From contig CAWKBC010000035.1 in NCBI GenBank assembly GCA_963847705.1, forward strand, positions 1-64,000: DNA of 64,000 nt, given 5' to 3'. This document shows, piece after piece, positions 1 through 10,827 of this stretch; position 1 is the first letter of the stretch, and each line of letters starts with the position of its first letter. The notes under the pieces were generated by a model, which made no database searches, had not been told where the DNA came from, and saw nothing but the letters and a program-made list of their open reading frames with translations. A program made the translations under genes and the position numbers. This DNA is from an uncultured Pseudomonadota bacterium (GTDB lineage: Bacteria; Myxococcota_A; Polyangia; Fen-1088).

Positions 1-2329
1 CTCCGCTGTTCTTCACGTTGATGCGGTACTCGGCGCCGCGGCACTTGCGGGTGATGGTGAACTTGCTGACCTCGCCGCCCATGCAGGGGTGCACGCGCAG
101 GCCGTCGAAGTCGGGGCGCACGCCCAGGAGGTACTGGGAGATGGCCACGAAGTTCCAGGCCGCCGTCCCGGTGAGCCAGGAGTTCTTGGCCTCGCCGTGG
201 CGAACGGCGTCCTTGCCGGCGATCATCTGGGCGTAGACATAGGGCTCGAGGCGATGGACCTCGCTCTGCTCCTCGAGGTAGGCCGGCGCGATCTTCTTCC
301 AGTAGTCGAAGGCGCGATCGCCGCGGCCAATCATCGTCTCGGCGATGATCACCCAGGGGTTGTTGTGGCAGAAGATGCCGGCGTTCTCCTTGTAGCCCTG
401 TGGGTACGAGGAGATCTCGCCCAGCTCCACGTGGTACTCGGAGTAGGGGGTGTTGTTGAGGACGATGCCGTACTTGGTGTCGAGCCGCTCCTTGACCGAG
501 TCGAGCGCCTTCTTGGCCTGGCCGCCCTCCACGCCGACGCCGGCCATGACGCAGAAGCCCTGCGGCTCGATGAAGATCTGCGACTCCTTGTTCTCCTTGC
601 TGCCGACCTTGTTGCCGAAGAAGTCGTAGGCGCGCAGGAACCATTCGCCGTCCCAGCCGTGCTTGAGAATGGTTTCGGACATCTTCGAGGACTCGCCCCG
701 CGCCTTCTTCGCCTCCTCGGCGAAGCCGAGCTTCTCGGCCAGGAAGGCGTAGTCGGGCGCCACGCCCACGAACATGCCGGCGATGAAGACCGACTCCGCG
801 GTGCGGCCGGTCTTGTTGCCGGTGGTCTGGAACGATTCGTCGGGCGTCTCCGAGAAGCAGTTCAGGTTGAGGCAGTCGTTCCAGTCGGCGCGCCCGATGA
901 GCGGCAGGCCGTGCGGCCCCAGGTTGTTGAGCGTGTAATTGAAAGACCGCTTCAGGTGCTCGAACAGCGTGGTCTTGGTCTTGGGGTCGTTGTCGAACGG
1001 CACCTGCTCGTCGAGGATCCCGTAGTCGCCGGTCTCCCGGATGTAGGCGGCGACGCCGAAGATCAGCCAGAGCGGATCGTCGTTGAACCCGCTGCCGACG
1101 TCGTTGTTGCCCCGCTTGGTGAGCGGCTGGTACTGGTGGTAGGCGCTGCCGTCGGGGAACTGCGTCGAGGCGATGTCGATGATCCGCTCGCGCGCGCGCT
1201 CCGGCACCAGGTGGACGAACCCCAAGAGGTCCTGGTTCGAGTCGCGGAACCCCATTCCGCGGCCGATCCCCGTCTCGAAGTACGAGGCGCTGCGCGACAT
1301 GTTGAAGGTGACCATGCACTGGTAGGGGTTCCAGATGTTGACCGTCCGGTTCAGCTTCTCGTCGGTCGACTCGATGGAGTAGTTCGAGAGCAGCCGCGAC
1401 CAGTGGTCGCTGAGCCCCTTCATCGCGGCGGCGACCTGCTCCGGGGTGGAGAACTTCTCGATCAGGGCGTGGGCCGGCTTCTTGTTGATGATCCCGGGCT
1501 TCTCCCACTTGTCGGCGCGCGGAACCTCCACGTAGCCGAGGGTGAAGACGAAGGTCTTCTCCTCGCCGGGCGCGAGGTTGACGTCGAGGCCGTGCGAGGC
1601 GATGGGCGACCAGCCGCTGGCGACCGACTTGGACGAGGCCCCCTTGAGCGCGACGTCGGGCGCGCTCCAGTCGTTGTAGAGGCCGAAGAAGGTCTCGCGG
1701 TCGGTGTCGAACCCCGCCACCTCGGCGTTCACGTTGTAGAAGGCGTAGTGATCGCGCCGCTCGCGGTACTCGGTCTTGTGATAGATGGTGCTGCCGCCGC
1801 GCTCGATCTCCACCTCGCCGGTCGAGAAGTTGCGCTGGTAGTTGGTCATGTCGTCGTAGGCGTTCCAGAGACACCACTCGATGAACGAGAAGACCTTCAG
1901 GCTCTTGGGTCCCGCCGAGGTGTTCTTGATCCGCAGCTCGTGAACCTCGGCGGTGTGCCCCTGCGGGACGAACATCAGCAACGAAGCGCGGACGCCCTTG
2001 CGCTCGCTGGTGATGCGCGTGTAGCCGAGGCCGTGCCGGCACTCGAAGCTGTCGAGCGCGGTCTTGGTCGGCGCGAAGCTGGGGTTCCAGACCTCGCCGC
2101 CGTCGTTGATGTAGAAGTAGCGGCCGCCCACGTCGGTGGGGACGTTGTTGTAGCGATAGCGCATGAGGCGCCGCAGGCGGGCGTCGCGATAGAAGCAGTA
2201 ACCGCCCGCGCGATGCGAGACCAGCGCGAAGAAGTTCTCCGACCCCAGGTAGTTGATCCAGGGGTAGGGGGTCTTCGGCGTGGTGATGACGTATTCGCGG
2301 CTCTTGTCGTCGAAGTATCCAAAACGCAT
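1..2329 (-). CDS. cbp: Cellobiose phosphorylase (GH94), runs off the left edge
   Basis: Absent from the ORF track because there is no stop in the window. Reverse strand from ATG 2329 reads [29 protein letters not shown], with later [11 protein letters not shown] and [10 protein letters not shown] motifs typical of GH94. GAGGA RBS upstream. Confidence 0.93.
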   Translation of the reverse strand, partial: MRFGYFDDKSREYVITTPKTPYPWINYLGSENFFALVSHRAGGYCFYRDARLRRLMRYRYNNVPTDVGGRYFYINDGGEVWNPSFAPTKTALDSFECRHGLGYTRITSERKGVRASLLMFVPQGHTAEVHELRIKNTSAGPKSLKVFSFIEWCLWNAYDDMTNYQRNFSTGEVEIERGGSTIYHKTEYRERRDHYAFYNVNAEVAGFDTDRETFFGLYNDWSAPDVALKGASSKSVASGWSPIASHGLDVNLAPGEEKTFVFTLGYVEVPRADKWEKPGIINKKPAHALIEKFSTPEQVAAAMKGLSDHWSRLLSNYSIESTDEKLNRTVNIWNPYQCMVTFNMSRSASYFETGIGRGMGFRDSNQDLLGFVHLVPERARERIIDIASTQFPDGSAYHQYQPLTKRGNNDVGSGFNDDPLWLIFGVAAYIRETGDYGILDEQVPFDNDPKTKTTLFEHLKRSFNYTLNNLGPHGLPLIGRADWNDCLNLNCFSETPDESFQTTGNKTGRTAESVFIAGMFVGVAPDYAFLAEKLGFAEEAKKARGESSKMSETILKHGWDGEWFLRAYDFFGNKVGSKENKESQIFIEPQGFCVMAGVGVEGGQAKKALDSVKERLDTKYGIVLNNTPYSEYHVELGEISSYPQGYKENAGIFCHNNPWVIIAETMIGRGDRAFDYWKKIAPAYLEEQSEVHRLEPYVYAQMIAGKDAVRHGEAKNSWLTGTAAWNFVAISQYLLGVRPDFDGLRVHPCMGGEVSKFTITRKCRGAEYRINVKNSG

Positions 2330-2354
2330 CGCTGGTCCTCTTTCGAAGGCGGTT

Positions 2355-3173
2355 CTACTCGCAGAAGAACTTCAGGTCGTCGATGTAGATGTCGTAGGCG
2401 GCGCGGGGGATGTTGACCTGGAACTGGATGCCGTAGAGCTTCGATGGCGTGATGTGCGGCTTGTGGGGCGCGCCCCAGTCCGGCATCTGCTTCATGCTCT
2501 TGAACGGAAAGCTGTAGAGCTTCCAGTCGTTGGTGAGGACGATGTTCGCCCCGAAGTCGTTGAAGCACTCCGTGCAGACGCCGCCGTCCGGATCGGTGTT
2601 CACGTCCGGAACCTTCAGCCGCACCTTCCCGGTTGAGTCGGGCCCCTTCTTGGCCCAGAACGAGATCCCGGCGTATTTGGAGGCGTCGTACTGCCCCTTG
2701 GGGTCGATGAAGTTCATCCCCAGGCCTGAAAAGACGATGGCGCCGGTCCCGATGGTCCCGTGATAACGGGCGGCGTACTGCGAGTCGTGGCCCCCTTCGC
2801 TCATCGCGAAGGTGCCCCCCTCTTCACCCGCCGTCGGCTCGACCGTCGTCGTCCCCTTGTCCTTGAACGTGTACCAGTAGCCGCCCCGGCCGTCGTTGGG
2901 CAGGTTCTGGTTGTTCCCGTCCTCGCCGTCGTCGATGAGCGCGTTCGGGCCGCAGTCCTTCCCCACCGCCACGCCCGGCGCTGCGGCCGCGGCCGGCGCC
3001 GCCGCAGCTCCGCCCCCGATCGACGCCGCCGACCCGGGCGCCGCGCTGGGCGCCGTCGCCGACTTGTCCGGGATGATGCACCCGAGCAGCATCAGCGAGC
3101 CGCCCGCCAGCACCAGAAACGCCCGCGTCATGTCCCTCTTGTCGCTCTTCTGAATCTTCATCTGAATCTTCAT
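2355..3173 (-). CDS. Lipoprotein with C-terminal CBM11/CIA30-like carbohydrate-binding domain
   Basis: Lipobox LLGC, Ala/Pro linker, then [40 protein letters not shown]. Start at 3173 or 3131 (both have an RBS); the ORF-track start at 3518 overlaps the upstream gene. Confidence 0.75.
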   Translation of the reverse strand: MKIQMKIQKSDKRDMTRAFLVLAGGSLMLLGCIIPDKSATAPSAAPGSAASIGGGAAAAPAAAAAPGVAVGKDCGPNALIDDGEDGNNQNLPNDGRGGYWYTFKDKGTTTVEPTAGEEGGTFAMSEGGHDSQYAARYHGTIGTGAIVFSGLGMNFIDPKGQYDASKYAGISFWAKKGPDSTGKVRLKVPDVNTDPDGGVCTECFNDFGANIVLTNDWKLYSFPFKSMKQMPDWGAPHKPHITPSKLYGIQFQVNIPRAAYDIYIDDLKFFCE

Positions 3174-3205
3174 GGGTGAATTCCTCGTCCGACGAAAGGT
3201 GGTGT

Positions 3206-5020
3206 TTAGAACCAGATGATCGCGGCGATCTGCGCCGCGTTCTTGTCGACGCCCAGGTTGGCCGCGCCCTGCTGGCTGTTGTAGGGGAACTGCGACCCGC
3301 TCATGAACCCGGGCATCGGCACGTCGCCTGCCCCGTAGCCGCTCCCGTAGAAGTACCGCGAGTACTGGATCATCACCTGCTCGTGCGTCACGAACGCCGT
3401 CCGGAAGATGATCCGCGGCGAGATGACCGAGAACGACTCCGACGAGTTGTCCAGGTTCGGCTCCACCACGTCGTACCGCGCCCCCAGGCCCAGCCAGGCC
3501 AGCGGCACGTACGTCCACTCCGTCCCGAACTTCAGCTTGTTCAGCGAGAACTGCGGGTTCATCGGCGCGTCCACGTGATTGAACATCCCGAACACCGTCC
3601 CGATCAGATCCGGTCCGTCACCCCAGAACGCCTGCGGGTAGTGGAACAGCTGCCCGAAGCTGAAGCTGTACTGCAGCTCCACGCTGTCGATCGACCCCGT
3701 CACCGGATCGACGCCGCCCGGCGCGCCGAAGTAGTTGTCGTGCAGCTGCCAGCCCCCGAACGAGTGCAGCACCTCGATGGCGTCCGCCAGATAGAGCGCG
3801 TTCGTCGCCGCCAGGTGCGAGTACCCGATGTACCCGTCCCCCAGGACGCCGCCCAGGAGCTTGATGTCCGCGCCGTAGATGGCGATGCTCGGCTTCGGGT
3901 CCGACGGCAGCCGCGCCGGCGACTTCGGGTTGGGCATCCCGTTGACGATGCCGGTGGTCCCGTCCCACGAGGGATTGGTCCCCCCCGAGTACGACCCCGC
4001 CCGTTCGTCGTCGTTCGCGAACACGTAGATGTAGTGCGCCCCGATGATCACCTCTTTCTTGAACACCGCGCCGACGTGCCCGTGCGCCACGAACGTCGAC
4101 TCCTGCGGCACCGGCCCCGGATACGGGTCCCAGGCCGGCAGATTCTGGTTCGCGCTCACGCTCGCCGAATTTCCCTCCGGCGGTCCGTAGAACGGGATCG
4201 GCTCCAGCTTGCCGCCGAACCCCTCCTCGACCTCGAAGGTCCAGTCGTCGACGTCATAGTCGTACGTCGCCGTCTCGCCCGCCGTGTGCGTCCGCCCGAA
4301 CAGGTACGTCTCGTACCGGCCCGCGTCGTAACGACCGGCCGCGCCGTAGCGGTTGGTGTACGCCCCGGCGATCAGCGTCAGCCGCGCGTTCTCGCTGACG
4401 AACTCCGGCCAGGTCATCGAGAGGAACGCCTCGTTGATCCCCAGGTTCGACTCCAGCCGCCGGTACCCCGAGTCGGTGATGTTGTAGGACGCGATCTGCA
4501 CCGTCGCCTTCACCCGGTCGTTGCCGTAGTGGAAGTTGAGCTCGGTCCAGGGGCCGACCATGCTGTTCGTGTAGCGCCAGTCGATGTAGTTGGCGTCCGG
4601 CACCAGCGGCGGCGTCCGCAGTTGCGTCCCCGCGTTCCCGGGCGCGAACGGGTTCTGCGTCGTCGGCGGCCCCCACGAAAAGCGCAGCGGCGCCCGGAAG
4701 TACCCGGTCACGTCGAACTTCCACTCGCCGGTCTCCGGCTCCGCCGGCGCGGCCGGCGCCGACTCCGTCGTGGTGTTCGCCAGGCCCCCCACCTGCGGCG
4801 CCTCCGGGCTGAGCCCCAGCGCCGGCGCGCTGCCGCCCTTCTTCTTCGGCGCCGCGACCGGTGCGGCCGCGGGCGCCGCCGGCGTCACCTCGGGACCAGG
4901 TGCGGCGGCAGGCGGAGGACCAGCCGGAACGGCGGTGGCATCGTCCTGCGCAAGCGCCGGGAAGGACCAGGCCGAAAGCAACAGGAGGCTCGTGAGGACC
5001 AGGGGGTTGGTTTTCTTCAT
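3206..5020 (-). CDS. Putative outer-membrane beta-barrel protein (hypothetical)
   Basis: Signal peptide (ALA|QDD), Pro/Ala linker, aromatic-rich alternating strands, C-terminal ...AAIIWF. Confidence 0.65.
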   Translation of the reverse strand: MKKTNPLVLTSLLLLSAWSFPALAQDDATAVPAGPPPAAAPGPEVTPAAPAAAPVAAPKKKGGSAPALGLSPEAPQVGGLANTTTESAPAAPAEPETGEWKFDVTGYFRAPLRFSWGPPTTQNPFAPGNAGTQLRTPPLVPDANYIDWRYTNSMVGPWTELNFHYGNDRVKATVQIASYNITDSGYRRLESNLGINEAFLSMTWPEFVSENARLTLIAGAYTNRYGAAGRYDAGRYETYLFGRTHTAGETATYDYDVDDWTFEVEEGFGGKLEPIPFYGPPEGNSASVSANQNLPAWDPYPGPVPQESTFVAHGHVGAVFKKEVIIGAHYIYVFANDDERAGSYSGGTNPSWDGTTGIVNGMPNPKSPARLPSDPKPSIAIYGADIKLLGGVLGDGYIGYSHLAATNALYLADAIEVLHSFGGWQLHDNYFGAPGGVDPVTGSIDSVELQYSFSFGQLFHYPQAFWGDGPDLIGTVFGMFNHVDAPMNPQFSLNKLKFGTEWTYVPLAWLGLGARYDVVEPNLDNSSESFSVISPRIIFRTAFVTHEQVMIQYSRYFYGSGYGAGDVPMPGFMSGSQFPYNSQQGAANLGVDKNAAQIAAIIWF

Positions 5021-5029
5021 GGAATGGGC

Positions 5030-5110
5030 TTCCTTTGAGCTGTCTTCGAGCTTTTCTTGGAGCTTCTTTTGGACCTTGTCTCGGAGCTTCTTTGGAACCG
5101 GTCTCGGGAG
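5030..5110. repeat. Degenerate ~12-bp tandem repeat upstream of the OM barrel gene
   Basis: Minus-strand units tccaaagaagc / tccgagacaagg / tccaaaagaagc / tccaagaaaagc / tcgaagacagc / tcaaaggaagc. Confidence 0.5.
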
Positions 5111-5194
5111 GTCTTACGGAGTCCCCACTGCACTTGCCGGACTCCGTTTGCTGCGGGTGCTGCGGTGCTGCTGACTCGCGCGCCGGAGGCGCGC

Positions 5195-7111
5195 CTATCC
5201 GACGCTGCCAATCTTGAACACGTCCCAGGCCGGCGTGAAATTACTGACATCCGGCTTCTGATTCCAGAGATAAACGGCTGGGTAGGTGTGGAGCCCCAGC
5301 TCGGTCTTGACGATCACCGTCATGAAGAGCTGGGCGATCGGCGACCCGTTCGCGTCGACCATCCCTTGCCGCCAGGACGAGAAGATCACCCAGTAGTAGA
5401 GATCACCGTTCGGCGCCGTCTCCACTTCCGGAGACCATTTGGCCCAGGTGTTGTTGATGCCCGGGCTGGCCATCTGCCCGGGGCACTGCGGCGGATCGTT
5501 GGCCGCCAGCCGCGTCCCGGTCCCACCCGCGGTGGGAATCACGAACAGCTCCGTCTGGGGCTGCATGTACATCCCCTCCCAGACGCAGGGCGACGGGTTG
5601 CAACCCGTCGCGGATTTGTCGAGGTTCGCGTGATTGACCGCGGCGGTGCTGGCGGCAACTCGGTCGTAGACGATGAAATCGTCGTCGGCCGAGAGCGTGC
5701 CGTAGTACTGCGCGTACGCGGGATCCGAGCCGTCACCGGGGATCGCCGTGGGGGTCTGAGCCGCCGTCTTCGAATAGGGGACCTGATAGAGGTGCGCCGT
5801 GCCGGTCCCCAGGCGTCCGGACTTCACGTTGCTGGTCATCGTGAAGACGATGAAATCGTCGCCGGGCGCGTGGCTCCAGGAGGGGGCCGCCGCGTACCTC
5901 TTGTTCGTCGTGTCCGGCGGGTAGATCCAGTTCCAGGCCGTCCCTTTGAGCGTGGTGGCCGGATCCGCCATCCCCGTGTAGCTGGAGGCGTTCGACAGGT
6001 CGAACCAGGCCAGTCCAGCCTGCTGATCGCCGTCGATCGAAGAGCCGCTGCTGCAGGGCGCGCCGGTGCCGCAGGTGCCGAGCGGCGCGACCGCGATATA
6101 GTCGTTGGCGGCCCAGTGGTTGATGGAAAACGTGGTGATTCCCACCCACGGCTGGACGAAGGCGTTGTAACCCCCGGCGCCGATATAAGGAACATCGTAA
6201 GGAGGGTCTTTGCCCGGCGAATCGCCCATCAGACCCGGCTGTCCCGAGGCCAGCACGCCGCCCCAGGGATAGGCGTCGTTGAAGGCGATGAAGTTGCCAT
6301 CCGGCGTGGAGGTGTGGCAGCCGATGCAGGTGACGGGGCGTTTGTTGTAGGCGACGTCCATCGTTTCCCAGGTCCCGTTCGTGCTGACGTCAGACGGGAC
6401 CAGGACCTGGGTGACGCTGTCGCCGCCGACCGACATGCCGGAGAGCAACGTATTGCCCACGGGGCCGGTGTTCGCGTTGGTCGAGCCCGTCGGCGACCAG
6501 TAGACCAGGTTCCCCGAGGCGCCCACGGGCGCGATCGAGAAGGCGGCGCCCGTCCCCGCCGAGGGCGCGCCCCCCTGCGACGAGCTGCTGATGGTCACCG
6601 TCAGCGGCATGTCCTGACTGTCGTTGGCCAGCGCCCGCCACATCGCGGCCGGCATCGTCCAGTTGGTCTTGTCGGTGTAGACGACCAGATCGTCCGCCTG
6701 GTTCCCGCCGCTCACGCGCAGCTCGTAGAGATCCCCGGTGGCCGTCCAGCTGAATCGGGGGCGGAGCCAGTTGTTGGGGAGCAGCGTCCCGTCCTGCGGC
6801 TCGAAGAGGCAGGGCCCCCCGCTCCCGCTGCCGCCGGTGGCGAAGATCTGGGGCGCGCCCGACGGGACGGAGCCGGTGCTCCCATCGGGGCCGAAGGGGC
6901 CGCCGCCAAAGTCATCGCACGCGCCGCTGCAGGCGGCAGGCGGCGGATTGGTGCTGCCACCCCCGCCGCTCCCGTGGCTGCCGCCGCTCCCGCTCGACGC
7001 GCCGGAACCACCCCCCGCACCCTTCGTCGGCGACGAGGTTTCTTTGACGCCCGCGCAACCCAGAACCAGCCCCGCGGAGACCAACAACAGAAAAGGGCTT
7101 GGGTGCTTCAT
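5195..7111 (-). CDS. Lipoprotein with TolB/PD40-like beta-propeller
   Basis: Lipobox VLGC after MKHPSPF, Gly/Ser linker, EPQDGTLLPNNWLRPRF, CIGCH, AAAPSWS, NNTWAKWSP, YYWVIFSS. Confidence 0.7.
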   Translation of the reverse strand: MKHPSPFLLLVSAGLVLGCAGVKETSSPTKGAGGGSGASSGSGGSHGSGGGGSTNPPPAACSGACDDFGGGPFGPDGSTGSVPSGAPQIFATGGSGSGGPCLFEPQDGTLLPNNWLRPRFSWTATGDLYELRVSGGNQADDLVVYTDKTNWTMPAAMWRALANDSQDMPLTVTISSSSQGGAPSAGTGAAFSIAPVGASGNLVYWSPTGSTNANTGPVGNTLLSGMSVGGDSVTQVLVPSDVSTNGTWETMDVAYNKRPVTCIGCHTSTPDGNFIAFNDAYPWGGVLASGQPGLMGDSPGKDPPYDVPYIGAGGYNAFVQPWVGITTFSINHWAANDYIAVAPLGTCGTGAPCSSGSSIDGDQQAGLAWFDLSNASSYTGMADPATTLKGTAWNWIYPPDTTNKRYAAAPSWSHAPGDDFIVFTMTSNVKSGRLGTGTAHLYQVPYSKTAAQTPTAIPGDGSDPAYAQYYGTLSADDDFIVYDRVAASTAAVNHANLDKSATGCNPSPCVWEGMYMQPQTELFVIPTAGGTGTRLAANDPPQCPGQMASPGINNTWAKWSPEVETAPNGDLYYWVIFSSWRQGMVDANGSPIAQLFMTVIVKTELGLHTYPAVYLWNQKPDVSNFTPAWDVFKIGSVG

Positions 7112-7268
7112 CAGGCTAGACGTCGACTCCGTGCAACCAGTCCCTGCAACCAGATCCCAGCAGTAAGGCAATAGATGCGCGGGACCCACCGTATGTACAC
7201 CGGGACCGTCTGCACACAACCATAGCGAAAAGCCCTAGTCAAGCAGGCCTCCCGCGCTTGCGCGGGGC

Positions 7269-8660
7269 CTATTGCAGCGTGCCGAGACTCCGGGCCGCCT
7301 CCTGAAAAGTGGCGACCGCCGAGGTCGGCCGCCGGGTCAGAAGGGGGTCGTCGAAATCGATCGAGAAGAGTCCGAAGTGGCCCCGCCTCCCGTGCGACCA
7401 CTCGAAGTTATCGATGAGCGACCAGTAGATGAAACCGATGACGTCGACCCCCTCGGCGCGGGCGCGGTCGACGGCGTAGATGTGGGCGCGCAGAAAATCG
7501 CTGCGCAGGACGTCGCGCCCGTCCGCCACCCCAGTCTCGGTCACGACGAGCGGCCACCCGCGTCGGGCGTAGCGGCGCAGCAGGCGGTAGAGGCCCTCGG
7601 GGTAGACCTCCCAGCCGAGATCGTTGCGCGGGTGATCCGGCACCGCCGCCGGCGTGTAAACGTTCGGTCCTGACAGCGCCCCGACGACCAGATCGCGCGT
7701 GTAGTAGTTGATGCCCAGAAAATCGAGGCTGCCCGCCAGCGGGGGGAAGGGCTCGTCGATGTCGATCACCCGCGGCAGCACCACGCGGACGCGTCCCAGC
7801 GTGACGGCGTCGAGGAACGACTCGTCATAGAAGCCGTCGGCGCCCCCGGCCACGAGCGCGTCGATCGGGTTGGCCGAATAGGGGTCGAAGATGCGCAGGT
7901 TCTGCGCCAGCCCGATCCGGGTGGCGTGCCCGTCGCCGTCGGCGTCGATCCGATCGCTCTGGCGAAGCGCGCCCGCCATCAGACCGTGGGCGCGCATGAG
8001 CGCCGCCAGCACCAGCGCCGCGCGCCGCGGATCGCGCACGCCGGGCGGCCACTGCGCCGCCAGGTAACTCTTGGCCACCAGCACGTTGGGCTCGTTGATC
8101 GTGCACCACCAGTCGACCAGATCGCCAAAGGCGGCACCGGCCCGGCCGGCGAAGGCCGCCAGCGCCGCCGGCGCGCCCGCCCACTCCCAGCCGCCGCGCG
8201 CCGCCACCCAGGTCGGCAGCGTGAAGTGATAGAGCGTGACCATCGGCGAGATGTGGGCCGCGCGCAGCGCCGCGAACATCTCCCGGTAGCGGGCGGCGGC
8301 GGCCTCGTCCCACACCCCCTCAGCCGGCTCCAGCCGGCTCCACTCGATCCCCATCCGGTAGACGTTGGCGCCGAGGAGCTGCAGCGCCGCCAGATCCGAG
8401 CGCCAGAGATTCCACGAGTCGGCGGCGCGGCTGGCGTCCGTTCCGTCGGCGACGTGCGGGGTCCCGTCGGGATAGCGCCCCTTTTCCCAGGCGGTCCAGT
8501 CGTTTCGGTTGCCCCCTTCGATCTGATAGGCGGAGGTGGCGGCGCCGAGCAAGAATCCGGGCGGGGCGCCGGCCAGCATCTGGTGCGCCGCGACCGCGGC
8601 CGGGTCGAAGGCGATCGGTTTCGCGCAACCGCCACCCGCGACGGAGAGGGCGATGGCCAT
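7269..8660 (-). CDS. Glycoside hydrolase family 1 (beta-glucosidase-like), probably exported or lipoprotein
   Basis: FLLGAATSAYQIEG, YRMGIEWSRLEP, TLYHFTLP, TINEP (acid/base), VTETG (nucleophile), WSLIDNFEW. Start approximate. Confidence 0.9.
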   Translation of the reverse strand: MAIALSVAGGGCAKPIAFDPAAVAAHQMLAGAPPGFLLGAATSAYQIEGGNRNDWTAWEKGRYPDGTPHVADGTDASRAADSWNLWRSDLAALQLLGANVYRMGIEWSRLEPAEGVWDEAAAARYREMFAALRAAHISPMVTLYHFTLPTWVAARGGWEWAGAPAALAAFAGRAGAAFGDLVDWWCTINEPNVLVAKSYLAAQWPPGVRDPRRAALVLAALMRAHGLMAGALRQSDRIDADGDGHATRIGLAQNLRIFDPYSANPIDALVAGGADGFYDESFLDAVTLGRVRVVLPRVIDIDEPFPPLAGSLDFLGINYYTRDLVVGALSGPNVYTPAAVPDHPRNDLGWEVYPEGLYRLLRRYARRGWPLVVTETGVADGRDVLRSDFLRAHIYAVDRARAEGVDVIGFIYWSLIDNFEWSHGRRGHFGLFSIDFDDPLLTRRPTSAVATFQEAARSLGTLQ

Positions 8661-8698
8661 CGCCGGGACGAGCGCCTTCCGGAGCCGTCCCTGACCGC

Positions 8699-9802
8699 TC
8701 AGCGGGCGACGGCTTCGCAGATGGAGGGACGCGTCGCGCTCTGCGTGACGTCGATCCAGGTGCCGTCGTTGATCATCGCCAGCCAATGGTCGCAGGTGCA
8801 CATGGCGTTGCCCAAGCCCTGGCAGGTGCAGGTCCCGGTGGGCTCGTCCTGGTGCCAGTTGTGGTAGGCCCATGGCTCGCCGGTCACCCAAGCGTACTGC
8901 CCGGAGCCGCTCTTGTCGTCGCTCGCCTTTCCGTCGGTGGCTCCCAGCGACACCCCGTTCCCCTTGAAGAGATTCGCCTGCAGCAGGAGCTGGAGGACGA
9001 ACGTGTCCTCCTGCGACGAGAGAATCGTCGCCAGCGTCCCACCTTCGCTCACGCACCGGCTCTCGGCGCTGGTCCAATCGGTTGCGTCGCTGTGGATCCA
9101 GTAGCAGTGCAGGAGCCCGTCGGTCGGCGTCATGAACGGGGAGCCCATCGGGAACGACGCGCAGCTGGGGGGCGGCTGACTTCCGCCGGTGCCGGCGGAT
9201 CCACCGGTCCCGATCGCGCCGCCGGTGCCCGGCCCGCCGCCGGTCCCGATCGCGCCGCCGGTGCCCGGCCCGCCGCCGGTGCCCGGCCCGCCGCCGGTGC
9301 CGAGCGCGCCGCCGGTCCCCGCCGCGCCCCCAGTCCCCATCGCTCCACCTGTGCCGGCCGTGTCGCCGGTTCCTGCCGTGCCACCCGTCGCGGCGAGGCC
9401 ACCGCCCGCGCCCGCGCCACCACCCATGCCGTCGCCACCGGTTGCCATGCCCCCGGTCGCCCCCACGCCGCCGGTCGCGCCAGTCGCCTGGCCGCCTGAC
9501 CCCCCAGCCTGTCCAGAACCGCCCGCGATATCGGACCCACCACCGCCGATGCCGCCCGAGCCGATGGTGCCTCCGCCGGTCCCGTTGCCGCCTGACCCGC
9601 CGCCGCCTGACCCGCCGCCAGATCCTAGACCGCCGGTGCCTCTGGACAACAGGCCGCCGCCCGCCCCGCCGGAGGAGACCGAAGCGTCGCCGTTCGACAG
9701 CCCAGCACGATCAACCGAGCACACCGTCCCGAAGACCAAACCCACCGTGACGGTCGAACCGAATGCCAGGGCCGCCCATGTCCCGCGGGCCCGATGCAAC
9801 AT
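8699..9802 (-). CDS. Exported C-type lectin domain protein with long GTGG linker
   Basis: N-terminal hydrophobic segment, Gly/Thr repeats, then CYW..WTSAESRC..GGTLATI..WVTGEPWAYHNW..EP..W.D..ICE. Confidence 0.8.
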   Translation of the reverse strand: MLHRARGTWAALAFGSTVTVGLVFGTVCSVDRAGLSNGDASVSSGGAGGGLLSRGTGGLGSGGGSGGGGSGGNGTGGGTIGSGGIGGGGSDIAGGSGQAGGSGGQATGATGGVGATGGMATGGDGMGGGAGAGGGLAATGGTAGTGDTAGTGGAMGTGGAAGTGGALGTGGGPGTGGGPGTGGAIGTGGGPGTGGAIGTGGSAGTGGSQPPPSCASFPMGSPFMTPTDGLLHCYWIHSDATDWTSAESRCVSEGGTLATILSSQEDTFVLQLLLQANLFKGNGVSLGATDGKASDDKSGSGQYAWVTGEPWAYHNWHQDEPTGTCTCQGLGNAMCTCDHWLAMINDGTWIDVTQSATRPSICEAVAR

Positions 9803-9825
9803 CGCGTGTAGAATAACACGACATC

Positions 9826-10395
9826 ATGGCGCGTAAGCTTTGGGGAGCGTTCGTGTTCTTGCTGGTTCTGGGCAGTCTCGGAGCCTGTGGATATCTTTAC
9901 ACTTTGGTGCGCCAGGAGCAGGCCGCGCGCGCCGCCCTGGAACAGCAGGTCAACGGGTTCGGACCGCGGTTCGACCAGTTCAAGGAAGCCGTTCGGGGCG
10001 TCGACCGGCAGCTTTCGGCCACGGTCTTCCAGGAGGTCGACCTCGGCGCGACGGGCTGGCAGCCGATCACCGGCGGGCTGTATGTGATCGATCTGTCCGC
10101 CTCCGGGGCCGGCAAGGGAATGAAGATCGCCGGGAAGGTCATCAACCCCACCTCGGTGACGCACGAATCGGCGCAGATCTCGGTCCGCTCGGGCGAGCAC
10201 CGGGCGACCTTCACCCTCCCTCATCTGCCGCCCGGCGTCGCCCAGCCGTTCGAGGTGACGTTGCCCGACGTTCCGGCCGCCTCGACACACAAGCTGTTCT
10301 TTGCCCTCGACGGCTCGACGATCAACTTCTCGAGCTCCAGCACGCGGAAGCGCACGGGCGGCGAGCCGGTCGACACCGACAAGCTGCTGCACTGA
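9826..10395 (+). CDS. Hypothetical membrane-anchored protein (TM, coiled coil, beta-rich domain)
   Basis: 189-aa ORF with N-terminal TM helix and GC3-rich codons. Confidence 0.65.
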   Translation: MARKLWGAFVFLLVLGSLGACGYLYTLVRQEQAARAALEQQVNGFGPRFDQFKEAVRGVDRQLSATVFQEVDLGATGWQPITGGLYVIDLSASGAGKGMKIAGKVINPTSVTHESAQISVRSGEHRATFTLPHLPPGVAQPFEVTLPDVPAASTHKLFFALDGSTINFSSSSTRKRTGGEPVDTDKLLH

Positions 10396-10405
10396 GAGGT
10401 CGGCG

Positions 10406-10798
10406 ATGGCGCCAGGGGCGAGCTCGATGGTGGCCGCGTCTCTGGCGGCGACGATGGCGGCCTGGGGCGCCGGATGCGGGGGGAACAGCGCCCTGGTCTC
10501 CTGCGCGCTGTCGCAGAACGAAGGCTCGCTGGGGCTGCTCGAGATCTGCCTCGAGGCACCGGCGAGCACGTTCTCCCAGGGCTGCTCGGCCGTGACGGCC
10601 GACGCCGGAATCGACGTCAGCGTCATGGACGGGCCGTGCTCGCGCGTCGGCGCGGTCGGGGGCTGCCGCATCACCAGCGGCGCCGTCTCCGAGACGATCT
10701 GGTACTACGACGACGGCACCGGCGGGGGGACCGGACCGATGTCGTCGGACATCCAGATGTTGTGTGCCGAGGGGGGTGCGACCTTCGTCGCGCCCTGA
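10406..10798 (+). CDS. Hypothetical Cys-rich lipoprotein
   Basis: GAGG RBS, ATG 10406, lipobox GAGC, motif PCSRVGAVGGC...WYY...C..GG. Confidence 0.6.
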   Translation: MAPGASSMVAASLAATMAAWGAGCGGNSALVSCALSQNEGSLGLLEICLEAPASTFSQGCSAVTADAGIDVSVMDGPCSRVGAVGGCRITSGAVSETIWYYDDGTGGGTGPMSSDIQMLCAEGGATFVAP

Positions 10799-10827
10799 GC
10801 GCCACCGCTGGTTGCGACGCCTGAGCG

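Noticed and set aside
89-2416. 775-aa plus-strand ORF, and other long antisense ORFs such as 11587-14541, 28703-31897, 34721-37291 and 39743-42304
   Set aside because: Shadow frames of real high-GC genes on the opposite strand, with no recognisable motifs.
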